From the NCBI RefSeq assembly GCF_009914755.1, contig NC_060937.1: a stretch of DNA of 64,000 nt. The stretch is one strand, 5' to 3'. This DNA comes from the human T2T-CHM13v2.0 reference genome, Homo sapiens. Position 1 is the stretch's first letter. Each line of letters begins with the position of its first letter. Under the pieces are notes generated by a model, which worked only from the letters and a program-made list of their open reading frames with translations, was not told the origin of the DNA and searched no databases. Position numbers and translations under genes: made by a program. This document shows positions 56,397-64,000 of the stretch, one piece after another.

Positions 56397-58574
56397 GCCG
56401 GTCTACTAGCTGACCTTGGCAAAGGGAAACCTCACATCAGTGGGACGGGGATATTGAAGCCTTTGTCCTTTGGGAAATCTAGCTTCCAAACCTGGTCTGA
56501 GATTTAAAGGCAAGAGTCACATCTAAGAAGGTGGAAAAGTCTGGTACAGCTAGACTGAGAGTATCAGGGGAATTTACCAGGGCGTTTTTGGGACTCTACG
56601 TGGGTAAATTCTCAAGCTATTTTCTAATAACTTCTAAATTGATAAAGATAGAGAGCTGCATGGGGGTTGCAAATCTCATTTTCTTTGGAAAAGGAGTGCT
56701 TTGTCTTTCCAAGAATCACATTTCCTGGCAAATAAGAAACTATATTTTGTAATAGAAGTCATTCTCCTGTCTACTCTAAATCATCTTACTTAAGGCTGGG
56801 TAGAAGAATGAGGGCTTTATAAAGAGAAAAGAAAAATAAGACTTTTATAAGGGTGCTTACTGATTTGACTTTGTACAACCCCACTCTTAGGTTATACGAT
56901 AAAATCAGTCCCTGTACCAAGAGCCCTATCGTTGTAATTGTTTGTACATAGTCACTAGTTCAAACACCGAATTATTTAAAGTGAATACCTACCCACTCTA
57001 GTTTCCTGTTCTGTTATTTTATCTGGAAACTTCCTAGGGAAAGGTAGGCTAAATTTTTTTTTTTAAAAGAGGTCAATGAGTTTGGGCATTGCTTAAAAAC
57101 TTCTCTTACGGCAAGGTATTAACTGTAAATTCATGACTTAGTCAATGGGGTAGAGTAAGGAGCCAAAATCAGAAAATGAAAACGTGGTAAATGCATTTCC
57201 TAATTGTTCATTACTGCTTTTTCAAAGCTATCATTTTCTGCTGAGCAAAATAGTTAGACAAAACTAGTTATTTTTATAAACAAAGTGACTTGGCCATTTA
57301 AGCAGTTTCCTCTCCAAAATACAAAAGACAAGTTATAGACTATTTTCTTTTCTTTCCTGGGCAACACCATTAGTTATATGAGCTCTAAGAGCTGTCTTGA
57401 CATGGAAATAATTCACTTGCTTCAAGAAAGAAAGTATTTGATTTGTTAACTATGTGCTCGAGAGACTTCTCTCAGTTGCCTGTTTGGATAATTTTAAGCC
57501 TTGAAATTAATGCTACATTAGAAATACAAATGAGTAAGAGTAGTATCTACCTATATTTGAGTATAGTATGCTGGAAAATATTTTCATACATATGAATTCA
57601 TTCACTTTTTATAATAACTTTTAAGAGATAGTCAAAACAATTATCCTCCAACTATTGTGCTAAGTAAGCCTGAGGAGAAATTCCTCCCACCCCAAATCAA
57701 TAGAAGGGTTTTCTTCAGCATTATAGTAAAATTATCCTAAAAGCACATATGTAGGGATAATTTCTTCATGAATTTTGGAGTACTGAAAGAAAAACATAAT
57801 TTTCAGAAACTTTATTTACATTTAAAAATATAACTTCTTTTTGGAAAAGTAGATTTTGATTCTTATTTTTGTCTTAGAGAGTGCATGTAAAAGCTCAAAT
57901 GGTAAGAAAGTACTGGGCAAAAGAACCCGTTATGCATCTCATGTTAAAGAAAGTGAGATAGCCGAAATCACTGGGACAAAATTACTTGTCGTACTGATAA
58001 TGAGCATTTTCTCAGCTGTAGTTGAAGTTTTTAGAGAGATTGCATTTAACATCAACCATATCCAAATAAGAAGGATCCTCCTGAGTCAGCCTTTGAAGGA
58101 ACTCCTCCATAACCTAATTTTTCTTGTCTATAAAAGTGAAAGAAAAGGTAGGTAGGAGAGTTGAATCTACATATTTGTTATTTCCTTGGGCATTACCTTA
58201 CATTATTTTGTGTATTACATATTTTGGCTATTACGAATAAGTCACATCAGAGATTCTCTTTTGTTCTTATAACATTACATTTCATAAAGTGAGCTCCAAA
58301 AATTTAAACACATGCAGGTTTTAATATACGTATAGCCTTTTTGAGATCAAAGCTATGCGAGCCAACAATACTGCAAAGAGAGAGAAGAAAGGCATTTACA
58401 GAAAGCTGAACAGTTTTGAATGGATCATCATGTAGGTTCACTTTGCATCTTGGAAATGAATGGGTGGACCGTGGGTCATAATATGAAGGCTTATGGGGAC
58501 ATCCTGCCTACCTGGGATTCTGGATATTGTGGTCTTTCAATATTTCAAATATCCCTGTTAATACACCAGTTGTT

Positions 58575-58942
<368 letters not shown>

Positions 58943-59490
58943 TTATTAAAAGATAGTACAGTCTTTACTGAATTTAACAATCTTTTCCTTGGGAAAACTA
59001 AGCAGGCAGGTTTGGGTAGGATGAAAATGCAGAGGCAGAATGCTCTGGAAAATGCTTGGGAATTGGAATTAAAAAACAAAGCTGTTTGATCTTTCTCCGC
59101 TATTGTTGCTGCCTGTGTGATCTTGCACAAATCACGTAACTTCTCTGAGCCTCAGTTCAGTTAAATTCAAAAGGCACTTATTAAACATCTCCAGAAGGAT
59201 GTCTAGAGAAGAACAGGGAAATCTTATGATCAGACCTAGCCTCATTAGCTGTGAGATTTCAGCCATCAGATGGCAACAGGAGCTGGATCTCCAGTTACTG
59301 TAGATTTGATAAGAGGGTGGAAAGAATTTGTTTTCTTACAGTTGACTGCAAAACGAAATATTCTGTTACCTTAGCTAACCTTGGAAGCTCTGCTTTCCTT
59401 GAGGATTTAAGAACTTTCATATCCATAAATAATTATTTAATGCATGTCCAGTGCTTGAAAGATAGTATAATATAGGCATTACTATTTTAT

Positions 59491-59699
<209 letters not shown>

Positions 59700-60688
59700 T
59701 GAAATAATGATATTTGTGTGCATCTCAACATTTACCCTCTGGGTGTATAGTTATCAAAAACCATAATAGTCTCTGCTGCCCTTTATATGAAAGTCAACTA
59801 GGCAACCTAGCAAGAGAGCCATGACTTTGAAGAACAACTAATGAATGAGGTGTGTGTGGGAGGGGTGGAGGGGTGGTGTTTAGAAGAGAATAGCAATAGT
59901 CTGGAAAAAAATTCCTTTTCTAGTAGGACAACATTCTATGGGGTGCCCTTAAAAATCTATTTAATTATAATCATCCTATATGCTTATTCTTAATTTGAAA
60001 TAAGGTAATGATAATACAGCTAACATTTATTTAGAATTGCTACATCCTTCTTGTGTGGTGTTAAATTCTCCCAATAAACAAATAGCAGGATAAATCATCT
60101 TACCATTCTAAAGATAAAAGCATGAGCCTCAAAAAGATTAAATAAAATGTTTAAGATCACATGTTGTCTGAAATAAAAACTGTGCAATCAGTCACTTTGT
60201 TATTAAGTTACACCATTTAGTACAGTGACACTGGCTAACAAATGCCCCAAGAAGTATTAAATCTCTTTTCTGAATTTTGAATTATCACATGCATTATTAA
60301 TCTACCATAATTAAATGTCATTTTCATATGTGAAAGTGTGAGAGGGAGAATGCTGAGGAGATTGAAGGAGAAAGACTATATGGGTTCCAAAACTGGCTCG
60401 ATTTTGGGAAGTTAGTTGATTTGCTTGTGCCTCTGTTTCCTCTTATCATAGTGTTATTATTGAGAAAACTCCCTTGCAGGTAATAAATCCTCAACAGCAA
60501 CTTCTTTTTGTTATCAGTATTATCAGGCCATTCCCATGTCACTATGATTAAATTATATACTCCTCAAGGGCAGGAATAGTATCTGATTTTCTGTAAGATT
60601 TTCTCTTAGGTCTTTGTTGTTATTGCTTCAAGAATGCTTCATTACAGACCACCACAACATTTAGTGGCTTACAGAAAGGCAACACAAA

Positions 60689-60761
60689 TATATATGTGTG
60701 TGTGTGTGTGTGTGTATGTATGTGTGTGTGTATGTGTGTGTGTGTGTGTGTGTATATATAT
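60689..60761. repeat. Compound (TA)n(TG)n microsatellite within an old MLT-like LTR (about 60605-61050)
   Basis: The microsatellite is directly visible. The flanks resemble MLT1 (accacaacatttagtggcttaca). Confidence 0.88.
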
Positions 60762-62259
60762 TTCTCACTCTTGGGTGTGCAAATGAGCTACAACTCAGCT
60801 AGGCAAGCCTGGACTTCAGGCTGAAGGCTGGCTGCATTCTGCTGCACGTTATTTTTATGCTACCCAAGCTACGTTTTCGGTATTGTGGATCACAGGAGCA
60901 CTAGAAAGTGAGACGAAATACTTGAGATCTCTTAAATCTTTGACTCTGAACCAATAACATGCACTTTATATCCAAACATCACTGGGCAAAAGGAGCCACA
61001 GGCCCAAGCCAGATATCTCTGCTCTGCATGGTGGGAGTGAGTGAGGAGCTCACAGCAGTAATACCATCAGTAGGATTTAGAAGGGATATTCAAATATTCA
61101 GTGAAATTAATTTATTGACATGATCATAAACATCTGACATTTAAATTTAATTTGGAAATAAATACATTTTATTTTTATTTTAAGTATAACCATATTAATT
61201 ACATAGTAAATTATATTGACATCATAAGACATTAGGTCTATGTTTAGGGAATTCATTTTTATGAGATTGATATGAACTCTCTTATGTATTAACTTCTGGA
61301 TGTATTTTTACTTGTTTAAAAATTTTCATGTCCCTTCACAAAAATCCTTAATTTCCTAAATATAGACTTAATGTCTTATGAGTTAAAGAACACTGCACTG
61401 AAATATATCCAATATGCCACTTTATGGCACCTTCCAAATGCTCTTAGTGTAAATGTATGTTACAAATCCCATAAAGCACAGCAAAGATAACAACCAAACT
61501 GTTGGTACAAATCATGAGACAGATTCAGTAGTTGTCTGTTTTTATATGCACATTCAGTAAGCTGCTTACCTATGTTTTGTTACATTACTTTAATTTTCGT
61601 GCGTTTTCTACCTTAAAATAATATTTTATGTAGGATAATATGCTTAGATCTTTGAATAAGCTACTTTTAGAATTTCTTGAGAACTTCAAGAGTATTGGAA
61701 GCAGTCAACATATTATTATTCAGATTTCTGTTTTGGGGGTTTTTAAACCATATAACTCAACTTACTTGAGAAGAAAGGAAAACGTAAATGGTTTTAAATG
61801 GTGTTAGCTCTCACACAGGCATTGGGTGGCCAGTCAACTGTTTTAAATTAACTGACAATGCTATTGTGAAGTCCATTAACTTAATGCAGAGGGTTGTTTC
61901 ATTTTTTTTAATGAGGAACTTTAATTCCTTTAGGAACTAATATTTCCATAAAGTTTCATCAATTTTGAAATTTAATATACATTTTGATTTGATGTCCATA
62001 TTTGTATAAATATATTTGACAAACATATTTATCCATATCAAATGAACACAATCTTTAAGAATTAAAACTCTAAAAATGGACTGCTTTCTCATATATAGAG
62101 TCAAGGATTTATATATTGATATATAAATTAAGAGTTGTATATATTTATGTTGTGTGTATAATTATGTTGTTCAATCAACAGTTATTTATTAAGGAACTAC
62201 TATTTATAAGATGCTGTATTTGTAGCTGCAGAGGTTGTAAAGATTAAAATGTGATTCTT

Positions 62260-64000
62260 GAGAGGGAAGTGGAACAAGATAGCCAACTAGAACCCTCCAA
62301 TGATCATCCACCCCACAGAAACACCAAACTGAACAATTATCCATGCAGGAAAGCACCTTTATGAGAACCAAAAACCAGATGAGTGATCACAGTACCCGGT
62401 TTCAATACCATATCAAAGAAAGAGGCAATGAAGAGGTAGGAAAGACAGTCTTGAATCACCACACCATGCCTACCCCATCCGCCGGCAGCAGCCATGTAGT
62501 GTGGAGAGATCATCTCTGTGCTGTTGAGGGAGAGGGAACAGTGATTGTGGAACTTTGGATTGGAACTCAGTTTTGCCCTGTACAGTGGAAGACAACAAGG
62601 GGCAGGATTCAGCTGATGCCTACAGACAGATCATTTTGATCAGCCCTAGCCAGAGCGGAATCATCCATTCTAGCAGTTGGAGCCTGAGTTCTGGCTAGCA
62701 CCACCACTGTGGACTAAAGTAGTCTGGTGTTTTAAATAAACTTGAAAGACAATCTAGACCATAAGAACTAAGATTTCTGGGCAAGTCCTGCTCTGTGCTG
62801 GGCTTGGAGCCAGTGGATGTGGGATGCATGTGACCTGGTGAGACACCAGCCAGGGCAGCCAAGGGAGTGTGTGCATCACCCCTCCTTTGACCCTAGGCAG
62901 TGCAGCTCATAGCTCCAGGAGGAGAGGGTAAAGAGGAATTTGTCTTACAACTTGCATACCAGCTCAGCCACAATAAAATAGTGTACCAGAGCCCCCATTC
63001 GAGGCACTAGCTCCTTGTGCCAGAAGGAAACCCACTACCTTGAAGAGAAGGACCCAGTGCTGGCAGAATTCATCACCTGGCTAAAGAGCACCTGGGTTTT
63101 GAATAAATATCAGTGGTACCCAGGCAGTACTTGCTGTGGGCCATGGGTGAGACCCAGGGCCATGCTAGATTCAGGTGTGATCCAACATATTTCAAGCTGT
63201 GTTGGCCATGGAGAGAGATTTCTTTTGCTTGAAGAAAGGAGAAAGAAAAGTAAAGGGGACTTTGTCTTACAGCTTGGGCAACAGCTTGGCCCAGTGGGTT
63301 AGAGGATCAAGTGAATCCCTGGGGTCCCCAGTTCTACAGTTCTAGGCCTTGACTCCTGGATGGCATTTCTGGACCCACACTGGGCCAGAGGGAAGCCCAC
63401 TGCCCTGAAGGGAGAGACCAAGGCCTGGTAGCATTCACCACAAGCTGAGCCTTGAGTGAACATTGGTACCAAGCCTGGGGTGGTAATGGCCATGGATAGA
63501 CACTCTTTCTGACTGAGGAAAGGAGAGGGAAGGGTGGGAAGAACTTTGTTTTGCAGCTTGGGTGCCAACTCAAGTCACAGCAGAACAGTGCACTAAGTAG
63601 ATTATTAAGTTTCCTGACTCCACGCACTGGCTCATGGACAGCATTTCTGGGCCAGCGTTGAGCCAGGGAGTAGCTTGCTGCCCTAAAGGGAGGAACACAA
63701 TCCTGGCTCAGTTTGCAACCTGCTGACTGAAGAGCCCCTGGGCCTTGAACAAAATTGGCAGTAGCCAGGCAGTGTGGTTGCTATGAGCCTTGGGTGAGAC
63801 CTAGTACCATGCTGGCTTTGGGACTGACCCAGAGTAGTCCCAGTAGTAGTTGCAACAGGGGTGCTTGTGTTACCCCTCCCCCAGTTCCAGGCAGATCAGT
63901 GTGAAAAGAGAGACTACATTTGTTTGGAGGAAAGTAAGGGAAGAGAACATGAGTCTGCCTGGTAATTCAAGGAATTCTCCTGGATCTTATCCAGGACCAC
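62260..64000 (+). mobile_element. 5' UTR of an old LINE-1 (L1M1/L1MA-type), continuing beyond the window
   Basis: Starts gagagggaagtggaacaagatagccaactagaa (the L1 CAAGATGGCCGAATAG-like start), followed by internally repeated ~300-bp GC-richer units. Confidence 0.8.

Overview
This is mammalian genomic DNA, and the Alu subfamilies and exon sequence point to human. It is not microbial. The window holds the head-to-head junction of two known genes. On the + strand, coding exons 1 and 2 of ITGBL1 (integrin beta-like 1) lie at 42000-42097 and 43049-43266; they splice in frame to a signal peptide plus the first Cys-rich integrin-EGF-like repeat, and the rest of the window is intron 2. On the - strand, a large CpG-island promoter at about 4.9-6.1 kb has a non-coding first exon with a donor at 5613/5614. 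I assign it to NALCN from the known gene order at 13q33, not from coding sequence. The remainder is intronic or intergenic DNA rich in transposon relics: about 19 Alu-family copies, a near full-length Tigger1 with two nested Alus, Tigger3a, MER2, THE1/MST/MLT LTRs, a 2.6-kb L1PB-type 3' portion, an old L1 5' UTR, and L2/MIR/L3 fragments. Nearly all ORF-track entries are spurious. I found no evidence for a new gene system. The most unusual structures are (1) a ~190-bp locally templated insertion sitting in the centre of a 38-bp-arm palindrome with a 9-bp flanking duplication, (2) an Alu with a twin-priming-type 5' inversion, (3) four AP-1 sites within 390 bp upstream of ITGBL1, and (4) a candidate alternative first exon with a Kozak uATG and a pure A/T hairpin inside the CpG island. 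Repeat subfamily names come from recalled consensus sequences, and old-repeat boundaries are approximate.
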